From: Wallemia ichthyophaga EXF-994
Lineage: Eukaryota > Fungi > Basidiomycota
NCBI RefSeq assembly: GCF_000400465.1
Contig: NW_008806286.1
Coordinates: forward strand, 233,865-265,864
Direction: 5' to 3'
DNA: 32,000 nucleotides
The notes under the pieces were generated by a model, which made no database searches, had not been told where the DNA came from, and worked only from the letters and a program-made list of their open reading frames with translations. A program made the position numbers and the translations under genes. The stretch's first letter is position 1. Each line of letters opens with the position of its first letter. Positions 1-10,117 of the stretch are shown here, piece after piece.

Positions 1-312
1 GAAGAAGTCTATAGATGCGATGATACCATGTTGATTTGTAGATTTAACTTTAGCAAGCAAGATTTCACCGATAAAAGGCCTAAAAACGAGTAAGTTGAAA
101 GTAACTTTGTAGTATACGTTGCCATTAGAGTGCTGTAGGTAGCCTTGACTAGATTGAATGATAGAATGTAAAGAAATGGATAAACCGACATCTTGTAATA
201 TTTTATTAGAATATTTAGAGTTAATGCTATCTCTAATAGCGATTGAAGGTTCTAAATTGAGATTTGAAGGGATAACAGGGATCGTGTCCTTGACTAGAGA
301 TAAGATGAACAT
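1..312 (-). CDS. RPC25: RNA polymerase III subunit C25 (RPC8), 5' part; runs off the window edge
   Basis: Manual translation from ATG at 312, open to position 1: MFILSLVKDTIPVIPSNLNLEPSIAIRDSINSKYSNKILQDVGLSISLHSIIQSSQGYLQHSNGNVYYKVTFNLLVFRPFIGEILLAKVKSTNQHGIIASIDFF. This matches the Rpc25/Rpb7-family N-terminus (MFILS..., N-K-I..VGL, V-F...VF[RK]PF-GEI). Not in the ORF track because there is no stop inside the window. Confidence 0.92.
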   Translation of the reverse strand, partial: MFILSLVKDTIPVIPSNLNLEPSIAIRDSINSKYSNKILQDVGLSISLHSIIQSSQGYLQHSNGNVYYKVTFNLLVFRPFIGEILLAKVKSTNQHGIIASIDFF

Positions 313-323
313 GGTAAGAGGAA

Positions 324-718
324 TCAAGAAGGGTTGTTTAGTAAATTGATAAAATAATTATGAAGCTCAGATTTTATTTGAGTTGGTAGAGCGTCTGTGG
401 GGCGATAAGTACTTGATATACTCTATAGCCCAAGCGAACCTTTAGCGTTTGAATGAATAAATTCAATCAAATTAAAAACATTTAAATTTGATTGGTTGGA
501 TAATTTGTCTGTAAGAATGAATAAAAGGCTTTAGAATAAATAATTAACTCACTTAGAACATCACACCTGACCTGATCATTCCATCCAAATGAGTTTAGCT
601 TGTCTTTTATAACGGATTGCAACCTGAACCACTCCCCGTTCTCGACCAATTTTCTAATTTATTGAGTAATTCGCTATAGCTAGCACAGTTGAACAAACCT
701 TTGTATATCAACATCCAT
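324..718 (-). CDS. SUS1: SAGA/TREX-2 subunit Sus1 (ENY2), 4 exons
   Basis: Exons 718-699, 653-553, 508-440 and 394-324, separated by phase-consistent GT-AG introns of 45, 44 and 45 nt. Product: MDVDIQRKLVENGEWFRLQSVIKDKLNSFGWNDQVRCDVLNKLSNQSNLNVFNLIEFIHSNAKDALPTQIKSELHNYFINLLNNPS. It carries the ENY2/Sus1 pattern LVE-G...L...L...GW-DQV...P..IK-EL. Confidence 0.88.
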
Positions 719-737
719 CACGGTGAACTGACTTGAA

Positions 738-2732
738 ATGGAATTATTGACGAATTTAGATGAAAATTATTTATTATCAGATGATTTCAATCTATCAAAG
801 TTCTTATTAACTAAGAATATAAATAAAATTGATGACTATGAGAAGGATCTAGTTGTGTTACAACATAATATCAGCATAAACACAGTAAATCAAATCTATA
901 GCAATTACAATAAATTAGTAAATAGCTCAAATATATTACAAGATGATAGAGTCTACTTGGATATCCTAAACAATCACATCAATCAGTTCAAAATTAGGTT
1001 GAAAGTGGGTCGATATCGTTGGATTTATCCTTTTAAACTTTTAACATTATCTTAGTCTAAGATACACGAAATCAAATCCAACAAGTCGGATGTCGAGATG
1101 AGTCTACAACATCGTCATTCTATAAAGATTGAAATTTCGAGATTAAATAATATTATAGACTTTACTAATTACAGCAACCACATAACCACACTCATCGACT
1201 CTGTTGATCAAGATAAACCAAAACATTTGAAAAGAATTTCACTTCAATTCAATCAATTGGTCTACTTGTTCAATAAATCATCTACCTATATTCAAAGCAA
1301 CTCAACTGAAACACTAAAGTCATCCTTATTAAACAAAATCGATCTTACTTTCATCCAACTACTGTTCAACTACGATAAATCTCTAGATAACGACTTGATT
1401 GAAATTATTAGATCATATGAGATTCTAAGCTGTCTAGATAGAGCTCAATTCACTTTCAAACAATTCTCGTATAAAGTTCTAAACTCACTCGATGATTCTC
1501 ATCTCTTTAATAACATCGTTAACTTGATCAAACAAAGAATATCCCCAATCACTAACCTATTCGAATCCTGTCACAACTCTACAAAGATACGTGAATCCTT
1601 GAATCCATCAAAAACATCCATCTCAAACTCTTCTGATGATCTCATAACTGATTATGACTTTTATGAAAACACTTTATACTCTCAAATTGAACTCATCATC
1701 TTAAACAGACTCGGATTAGACTTATTCGCTGTTGGTCGACCCAACGAATTCCAACACAACTACAAATCTTTCATTTCATTCCTTCAATCAATTGAATCTT
1801 TATCCCCTTCAATCGATTCTGTTATAAAATTGAGGCAGAACGCAAGAAAAGGTTTACTACAAAGATTTCAATTGAGTAGCTACTTTCAGCTAAGATTTAA
1901 GGAGGTAGTTGGTGTCGTTGAGGGTGCTTTTCATTCTCCACTTATTTATTGTCAACCAGGTGAAAGCTACACGATTAAACAATCTGAAAGATTAGATTGG
2001 GCTTTAAGTAGATGCTGGAATGATCAAGTCATCATTATTGATATTATTGGTAAATTTTGGAAACTCACTTTACAGTTGCTGTCGAGATATAAAGTCTGGC
2101 TAGATGATCAAATGAATCAATACTTATTACAAAAAAGCACTGAAGGCAGTGATGATGAGTTGTTCGACTTTCTAGTAAACTCTAGAGTCGATATCGATAG
2201 AATATGTGATACTATGATGAATTTATGGAACACCTTTATCAAACAAAAGATTCACTTAATAGTTCAAGATGAAATTGAAATCATGGAAGAGTCTTTAATT
2301 GAGTCAGTTGACCTAATCAAAGATGACTTTGGTCAGAGCTGTTTGAATCTGCTCACTTCAATACTCATCTCACGTTCGAGTAAACATCTAAGTGGAATAA
2401 AAGGAGTGTATAGGCTATCGTCTCCACAAAAGCAACAAGATAAGCCATCAGAATTTATCTATCTGATGATGAATGATATCAACCAATTCAATAAACTCGA
2501 TAAACTAAGTAGATACCACAATCAAATAAATCAAAGGGTGCTTAATGAATTAATGGAAAGATACGTCAACCAAATCAATGAAATTAAATCTCAGGAATCC
2601 AACTTAATGAAATACAAGCGGGGACTAGGTTCAACCAAAGATAGTAATCAAATAAATAAGCAAATAGAGCTTGATAAAGAATTTTTAAAAACTATTCTAC
2701 CACAATTTAACGTTTCAGTGGATAAATTGTAG
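738..2732 (+). CDS. COG2: Conserved oligomeric Golgi complex subunit 2-like
   Basis: ORFs 738-1055 and 1098-2732 join in frame through intron 1005-1055 (GTGGGT...TAG, 51 nt, phase 0). The N-terminus F-LSKFLL followed by a helical region, plus LFAVGRPNEFQHNYKSFISFL, FQLSSYFQLRFKE and WSRCWNDQVII...FWKLTLQLLSRYKVW, are typical of Cog2. Confidence 0.75.
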
Positions 2733-2924
2733 GAACTCAAAAGTGATGATGTGTACAATGCGTTCCTGAAGACGTAGTAACAAGAAATGATTGCATTGAT
2801 GATAAAGCATAAGTTGCGATTTTCATAAATTTTTTGTCGCAATTCAAGTAGATTTAGATTTCTGAACAATACTTTGGTTAGAATCGAATCATCAACGAAA
2901 TTTGAAATTATAAATAGAAGGCGT

Positions 2925-5900
2925 ATGCAAAGACATAATATTGATGAAAATAATAGACAAAGTGTGATTAGCTGGGATATTAAGGACGATTCCTACGTTC
3001 AGCACTTGGGTCGTGATACGCAACGATACTCAAATATCGCAAAAAGCTCAGTCAAACAACATTCTATCGATAACTACAATGAGCTTAAGCCAAGCTATCA
3101 ATGGTTTGAAAGACCAGATAAGGATAATCCACTTGAATTTGATAGCAAAGTTAAACTACTCTATCCGAAGGATTCAAATGACTTGGTCGATCAGTTAAGG
3201 TCCAAAATGTCTATCTCCTCACCAATTAGACTGTAAGATGTTGTTACAGATACGCACCCTTAATGCTAACAATGCTCTTCAGTCACAAATTTCATTACAA
3301 AGACGCAGCTCAAGTTAATGAAGAATTAGTTCCTATAAGACTTGATTTCGACTTGGATTACTTGAAATTGAAGGAAGTCTTTTGTTACAACCTCAAAGAA
3401 CCTCATCTCTCACCAAAATTATTGGCTGTTTCATTATGTCACGATTTCGGTTTAAATGAGGTTACCGCTGCTCATCTGATTGAAAAATCCATAAATGATC
3501 AACTCGATGAATGGAAATCTTTCGTACATGAATACTCATCGATACACAGTCCATCAACCTCCACCAATACTCAAGGTACGCTCAATAACTCCGACTGTGA
3601 ATGGTGGCAAGCTTTCAAGGACAACAATATACCCGAGAAATACGATGATCAAGTCAAATCCGTAAAGGATGAGAAATTCATCCACGAAGATATCAGAATT
3701 CTAATCAAGTTGGACATTATTCACACCCCTCATCACTTGATCGATCAATTTGAATGGCCACTTTTCACAACCCTTCAACCAAACGCGCCAGAGTTATTCG
3801 CAGTGAATTTTGCTGCAGAGATGGGCTTGCCGGGTGAATTCGTCACTTCAATATCTCATAATATACGAGAACAATCCTCATTCTACTTGAAATCTCTCTC
3901 AAGGTTGAATTACCCAATACTTAACGGAAATTCAGTTGAAGGAATACCAGATGACGAGTTGCGCAAGTCATTCTTACCACATTTGTCAGAGCATTCAATC
4001 GAACGTTCGACCAAAGATAGTATAGATCATACGCCGAAGTTGGACTTGCTTTCACACGAGGACATAATCAATTACGAAAAAGAGTTAGAAAAGGAGAGTA
4101 AAAGGAGAAAAAGAGCACAGAGAAATAGGAGATCAAATCTGACACTTCTTCCCCAAGACAGAGAGCCTATCAAAACTTACAGAACTCCGCCAAAGTTCCC
4201 AGAGACTTTCATATCTGTTCCTCACTCATTCCTTAAAGAGCAACCAATCGCTATCAACCAGCAAACCCAACAGAATCAACAATTGTCTACCAACTATCCA
4301 CGAAGAGCAGCTGCAGCTAAAGCAAGCTTGAACATTTCTTCATCAGCTCAAGCCGAGTTGGCGGAAATAGATAACAACGCAGAAGATGAAGATTATGGTG
4401 CAGACGATAGTCAATTCGATAACTTTACGTCAACTATGGAATTTGATGAGCATGAAAATAAATATGTTAAGAAACCTATGCAGTTACAACCCTTCGATCA
4501 ATCAAAGATGGCTATCACGAAAAGACCCAGATTCATTGAAAATATTCCAACCAAGCTTGAATACACACCTACATCTAGGTTGAGACCAGATGCAAAGATT
4601 TTCGTTTCAAACCAAGAAAAACCAAACAATTTAATGAAGTTTGGGCACGGTAAAGCTTTTAGAGGAGAATTGTCGCCGGGAACTGAAGTTAAGAAGCTAT
4701 CAGCGGCTACTTTGAGCATATATTCTTATTTCTCCACTGAGAATCAACACGAGAACATGATCAATGGAGTATGGCACTGTTCGAATTGTGGTGTACCTGA
4801 AATGTTCGCCATTGGTCGTAGGAAAGGACCTATGGGTGATAAGAGTTTGTGTGGGGATTGTGGAAAGTATTTGCATAAAATACGCAAGAACAAGCCTGTC
4901 ATTTACAATAATGATATTGAATATCATCGTAATCTACGCTTGCAAGTGGAAAAAGAGGCTGAAGAGAGACTTAATAACCAAAAAACTAATGCTCAACGCT
5001 ATAGAAAAGAACTCAAAGCTTCAAGACAAGCCCAGAAAGTTGCGAAAGAAGCTGAGCACCTAGATTATTACAGTCAAAACAAACGCAAGCAAATCATCGA
5101 TGATAGTGATGAAGATGATAGCTTCGATTTTGGCAAGCGCAATAAACATAAATCTTATGATGACGACGACGATGATGAGTCGTATAACGAAGATGATGAC
5201 AGTTAGTGTTCCATATATTAACAAAATCTTTCAACTAACACAAAGTAGGCGCACCATCACGTCCACAACGGGTTAGAAAAGTACCATCACACCAAGCAAG
5301 GTCACCATCAAGTAGTCAATCTGAAGCTAATGGTGATACAACGAGGCTGTCGGTAGATAGGCCAACACGTCAATCGGCATCAACTCCACAATGGTTAACA
5401 GATGCAGCGCGCTTACTTAGGCATCGGTATCCCAACGATCGATTCGTTATAATCGACAAGCCACCACAAAGCGCTGACGGATCTCCAGAATGGCGTATAA
5501 AATGTCTTGATTGTCCAGGAAAGATGTACACTCCAGGCCCAGGTTTGAATGTTGAGAATTTCGAAAAGCACTTAAAAAATCGTCAACATAAGCAGAAGGT
5601 TGGAATACGATTAGGCTTTCCGATGGGCAATAACGGTATCAGTCCAATTGGACAGCCAAGTGTACTCAGTCCAAGTCAACCTGTGATAAGTCCAATTTCT
5701 CATCCATTACAGTTGCAATCACAGCCTGCATCTAGACCACCATCTAGTCAACAGCAGCATCCTCAACACGTGCAACACCAGCAGCACTTGAAAGCGTCAC
5801 CAATGTACCCAACAATGGGTATGCCTATGTCTCAATCACCTGCACAGCAAACTGATGTATTGGCTGCTGCTATGTATCAATCTCATTCGCAGAACCTCAA

Positions 5901-6204
5901 CCATGGACATCATTCAATTCCACATTCACAATCAATTACACCGCAACCCCAACCGCCACCAATCCATCATCAACCACAGTCATCTATTCATGCAATGCAA
6001 GAAGCACCTACACAGTCTCAACATCATCACCTATACAACCATCAACAATTTGTTAATATCCCTCACGAAACGGCAAGACCTGCAGAGTCAATACCAAGCA
6101 GTCTAGACATATCCAGTATGGATATGAATTTGATTGGAATGCCTTCCTTCGATTTTGAAAGTGGTATTGGTGGTAATGAGCATGCTGGTTCAGGCACTTA
6201 CTAA
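2925..6204 (+). CDS. SNF5: SWI/SNF subunit Snf5 with GATA-like zinc finger and C-terminal zinc-binding domain, 3 exons
   Basis: Introns 3233-3282 and 5202-5248 join ORFs 2874-3236, 3263-5206 and 5524-6204 in frame. Snf5 repeats are present (EELVPIRLDFD; DIRILIKLDI...DQFEW...PELFA...EMGLPGEFVTSISHNIREQ), followed by CSNCG...CGDCG and WRIKCLDCPGKMYTPGPG...NFEKHLKNRQH. The start codon is uncertain; 2925 is the first ATG in frame. Confidence 0.9.
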
Positions 6205-6375
6205 TTTAGAGTCGAAACTTGTTGTAAACATATTTTTTTTTTCTCTTTGTAAAAGTCAATCATACTATTTCATAATTTTATAACAAAAGCGTAAGAGCGT
6301 AAATTTAAGCTTCAAAATGTTTTAACCGTATATTCGGGCGTTCTATGATAACACCTGGCATAATATGGGGATAGT

Positions 6376-8445
6376 CTATGCATTTGCTGCCATGATAGCA
6401 CCGATGAAAGTAAGAACCAACTTTTGTCTAACCTCGACAAGATCTTCAGGTACAACAAAGACAAGGCAACCAATCTTACGTGCTACACTGATAGCAAGCT
6501 TATTGTTCAAGAATGCATCATCGTCAGTTCTACCATCATTAACCAAACTGTAATCAACGTAGCCTGGTTTGAGCGCGTCAAGAAGATCAAGGAAGAAATG
6601 GCCTGATCTCAATGTAGAATCCTTGAATGAGCGCATAGAAGATTTCTTTCCAGCTTGTGCTACTCTCTCATTCGCCCATTTGACCATGTCAACATCAGTG
6701 ATTTGGCGACCATTCTTGCTAAGACTGCTGAGGGTGGCACCTATTGAAAGTCTCATAATCTATATCATTTGTATTAGTAAAAAATAACGTAACTGTGGTA
6801 GAACTTACCTGCCAAACAGTACCCAAGACAAGTGTACGTGTACCATCTACAATATCAGAACCTTGGATACCAACAAGGTGCATACCATTCTTAATGCAAA
6901 GTTCGCAAACATAATTGGTGTTCTCAACTTTTTTGAATCTACTCAATTCTGGACGTGTACTGTCTTCTTCAGAATAAGGGTTTGGCTTTGGCTTGGCAAC
7001 ACGCCTCCAAGCAACGGAGCCAGGTGCAATTTTATCAAATGCTTGTAATAATATGAGACCATCACTGAGATTATCAAAGAGGTTGTGAACAGTTGGATCA
7101 ACATTCAAGCTGTTTAACCAAAGTATGAATACTCTAGCTTCACGTTCACCTTCAGCATCAAACTCTTCTATCTCGGGAACTTCTTCAATGTTAATTGGTT
7201 CTAATCCTGGATGAGTGTTGAAGAGATGGGCAACAAACGCAAGATTAAGTTTTGAGTTACCGCCAATCATTGCATTAGGAGTAAGATATTTCCTCACACC
7301 AATTTTGTCAGCATTGTCAAGGATCATTTCCGCTCTTCTGTATAAATCGGATTGATTAAGTGGATCTCTTGAACATTGAGCTGGTTTGAGTTGATTAAGT
7401 AAAACAGTGTAATTTTCACCATCGCAAACATCCTTGCTGAAGTTGCCTACGCGTCTGTGCCAGCCAGCATTCTTGAGGTGGTAGTTGAACCATCTAAGAA
7501 GAATTTGGTCTGGTGGTAATCTCAAGAAATCTTCAAGCTGTTCATCTTGTTCCAAAAGTCTGTATAGCTCAGGGTGGTTCTTAATATCGATTCTAGAAAG
7601 TAAACCTTTTCTAATAATCTGCCAAATAAGACCAAGGATGAGGATTTCTCTACCTTCAACCAGGTCCTGTGAACCGATATTGACGACTTGACAGCCAATA
7701 GCTTTAGCAGATTGAATAACGATGTTGTTGTTCTCTGTGGCTTGGAAAGCGTTGAGTGTTGGTGTGCGAGTTTTTGGCTTGTTCAGGACACGCTCATCGA
7801 TAGTGTCTGGAACTGCGTCATTTATGAGTTTAGAAAGAATGAGACCGTCTCTAGTTTCATCGAAAAGTTGAAAGTTATCTGTAGGCAATGGCAACTTGTC
7901 TTTGACGTCAGCGTCACCGTCCAAGACCTGATTTATGTGTCTAGTGAATTCTGATCTTTCATCTTCGTTGATTGTATGTGAAACGTTCGAAGAAGTTCCT
8001 TTAACTGTTACTTTTCCTTTCTGAACAACACCTGCGTTGGCATTTTGTCCTGATCTAAGCTTAGAAATGAGCTAATTAAATGTTAAAAGTGAGTTAAATG
8101 GTTTTATATTCCAATAAGCTACTCACGTCCACGTAATCCTCAATTTCTACTCTTCCACTCGCATCCAAGCTAACATCCTTGAGTGTCTCTCTCACTTGAT
8201 CATAAGTTGCTTCATTCTGTAGTGATTTGATTACATCCTGCTGGGCAACGCCCTTTCCTTCAAGGTCAAGCTGTCTAGTAGCTTTGTGAGCTTTACACTC
8301 TCCACGTGCACAGCCCACTCACTGGAAAGAGTCAACGAGCTTGAGTACTTCCTCTTGGCTAAATTGTGGGTGCTTTCTTTGTAACTTTATCTGGTTTATT
8401 ATTAATTTTACCTTTCCGCTGTCAATAATCACTCACGGCGATCAT
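6376..8445 (-). CDS. SAC6: Fimbrin/plastin (EF-hand-like N-terminus plus four CH domains), multi-exon
   Basis: ATG ATC GCC at 8445, then a 46-nt intron, then IKLQRKHPQFSQEEV. ORFs 8094-8318, 6719-7924 and 6376-6756 give LSKLINDAVPDTIDERVLN, LLRWFNYHLKNAGW, NFSKDVCDGENYTVLLNQL and LAISVARKIGCLVFVVPEDLVEV. Confidence 0.97.
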
Positions 8446-8583
8446 AGTCGATGAAGTAAGAGCTCTGACGTGCTATGCATCGTGGGCGAGTGGAGATCGA
8501 TAAAACATTTTCAATAAACATTTAAACTTTTAATTGGAATTTTCCTACAAATGTAAAACTTTGCAATGCTAGCTCGGCATCAT

Positions 8584-9180
8584 CTAATTCGAGGAGAATT
8601 GCAAACCAGTCTAGGCTTTGTTAGGATGTATTGCTTGGATACTGGTAGCACTCACTTTTTCTTTACGCAGATAATTTGCTTCGCTTTCCAACACCTCAGC
8701 CTACATTATCATTCGATTAATTACTTTTTCGAACGATTGCTTCCACTGCTTTTTTCTATCTCTAGTTTTGATGTTTGCCGTATAAGAAGATTTCCCTTGA
8801 TAAACCAATGTGCACCTGAAGCTAATGTATTTTCTCGTCTTTTGTCGTCCTCTGTTGGAGCTTGAGGTGCGGTAGAGGCTGAAAATGCTGGAATGACTTT
8901 TCCTTTCTTACTTGTTACCGTTAATTTTGCTGTTGCTGTTGATGCTTGTGGTATAGATGAGGGTGCAAATGATAAATAATTATCGTACGCGTGGGGGTAT
9001 GGTATGACTAAATGATGAAGGCGTAAGGAATTATAAAGGATATTTAGACGGACTTGAACTCCTAATAATGTTCGGGTTCGATGTAACTGCGCTGTCAGGT
9101 CTCGTTAGTGAGAGTTTGCTGATTGTATCATCTTTAAGAGGTTGACGTGATTGAAATGATTGAAACGGAGAAATATTACC
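8584..9180 (-). CDS. bZIP-like transcription factor exons; 5' end and basic-region splicing unresolved, possibly a pseudogene or a fusion exon set
   Basis: Minus-strand segments EDDKRRENTLAS (about 8852-8816), KTRDRKKQWKQSFEK (about 8769-8725), AEVLESEANYLRKEK (8700-8656) and TGLQFSSN* (8610-8584) give a basic region plus an L-x6-L-x6-L zipper. Canonical introns: 9053-9008 (GTCCGT...TAG, 46 nt) and 8655-8611 (GTGAGT...TAG, 45 nt). No usable in-frame ATG was found, and there is an in-frame TAG at 8703-8701. Confidence 0.55.
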
Positions 9181-9188
9181 AAAATTAA

Positions 9189-10061
9189 TCAATTAAAGGT
9201 CAGATCAAACGTGGAATCGTTGATGTTGTGATAGAAAGAAGGTTGAATATTTTCACCTGGATTGTTATCATTCACCAATGATAGCATACCCCATGTAGCT
9301 AGATCTTCGTTGCTAAATTCTAATGAGGGCAGTTCCTCCTCAGTAGGTCTAAGCGGACAATCTGGATGAGCTCTTGAGTGACCAGTTTGATGACATCTTG
9401 AACATTTGATGGGCTTTCTCTTTGTTTGGGATTGTTGTGATTGATGAGTCGAAGGTGATTTGCGCTTTTTAGTGGATTCGGAAGTGTATTCTGATGAATT
9501 GTTATTCAAAGAAGCAACCAAAGATTCTAAACTATCTATGGTAGATTCCTTTGAATCCTTTGAATCTGTATTTGAAATGAACTTTTTCATTATATTATGA
9601 ACGTCTTTGATTGTAATTGGTGGTAGATCACTTGATTTGAAGTAATTCACTATCTCAATCGGCTTAGATCCTTCAGACCTCATCTTTTTAACCAACAACT
9701 TCTGATTTTCATCTAATCTTCTCAAAATAGAATGATCTTTAAGATTATTTGAAGGCGTATGATTATGATCAGATTCTAAGATACTCAATTGCCATTCACT
9801 GTCTTCCCCACTTAATTCCTTTCCTCTAAGCATGAATGGACATCCAGTGCACTTGCTATTAGGTTTACGCTTTCTAGTTTCCTCAGTTAAATTTCTATTA
9901 TTCTTGAATTGTCCGCCTTTATCACATTGCAAGTAAAGTAATCCTTTACGCGATGATCTAGTGACAACTGCATATCCTTGTAGTTGAGCGTGTTCTTGTA
10001 CTCTCTTAAACAATTCTTCTTTGCTTTGAAACTTTTCTTCTGCCGGGGGTTCCAAAGGCAT
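9189..10061 (-). CDS. FAR1/MULE-type (Mutator-derived) DNA-binding protein with C-terminal zinc knuckle, no DDE domain
   Basis: 290-aa ORF. The N-terminus (F.S..EL...VQ.HA...GYAVV.RSS...LYLQCDKGG...SKCTGCPF.L.G...W.L......HNH) is the FAR1/WRKY-GCM1-like fold of MULE transposases. CSRCHQTGHSRAHPDCP is a MULE-type zinc knuckle. The region between them is too short to hold a transposase catalytic core. Confidence 0.8.
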   Translation of the reverse strand: MPLEPPAEEKFQSKEELFKRVQEHAQLQGYAVVTRSSRKGLLYLQCDKGGQFKNNRNLTEETRKRKPNSKCTGCPFMLRGKELSGEDSEWQLSILESDHNHTPSNNLKDHSILRRLDENQKLLVKKMRSEGSKPIEIVNYFKSSDLPPITIKDVHNIMKKFISNTDSKDSKESTIDSLESLVASLNNNSSEYTSESTKKRKSPSTHQSQQSQTKRKPIKCSRCHQTGHSRAHPDCPLRPTEEELPSLEFSNEDLATWGMLSLVNDNNPGENIQPSFYHNINDSTFDLTFN

Positions 10062-10117
10062 TGATGATGTTCACTGTCTAATCGAAAGATATATTATATT
10101 CATTACAATCAATAACT

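Noticed and set aside
9-191. 60-aa minus ORF and 158-349 plus ORF from the track
   Set aside because: Alternative-frame and antisense shadows of RPC25.
5524-6204. Apparent stand-alone 226-aa Q/H-rich gene
   Set aside because: It joins in frame to SNF5 through intron 5202-5248 and carries the Snf5 C-terminal CLDCPGK motif.
8566-8865. 99-aa plus ORF
   Set aside because: Antisense to the bZIP-like exons, with no recognisable motif.
9143-9150. TGACGTGA, a near-CRE site beside the bZIP
   Set aside because: A single imperfect 8-mer is expected by chance, and it may lie in coding or intron sequence.
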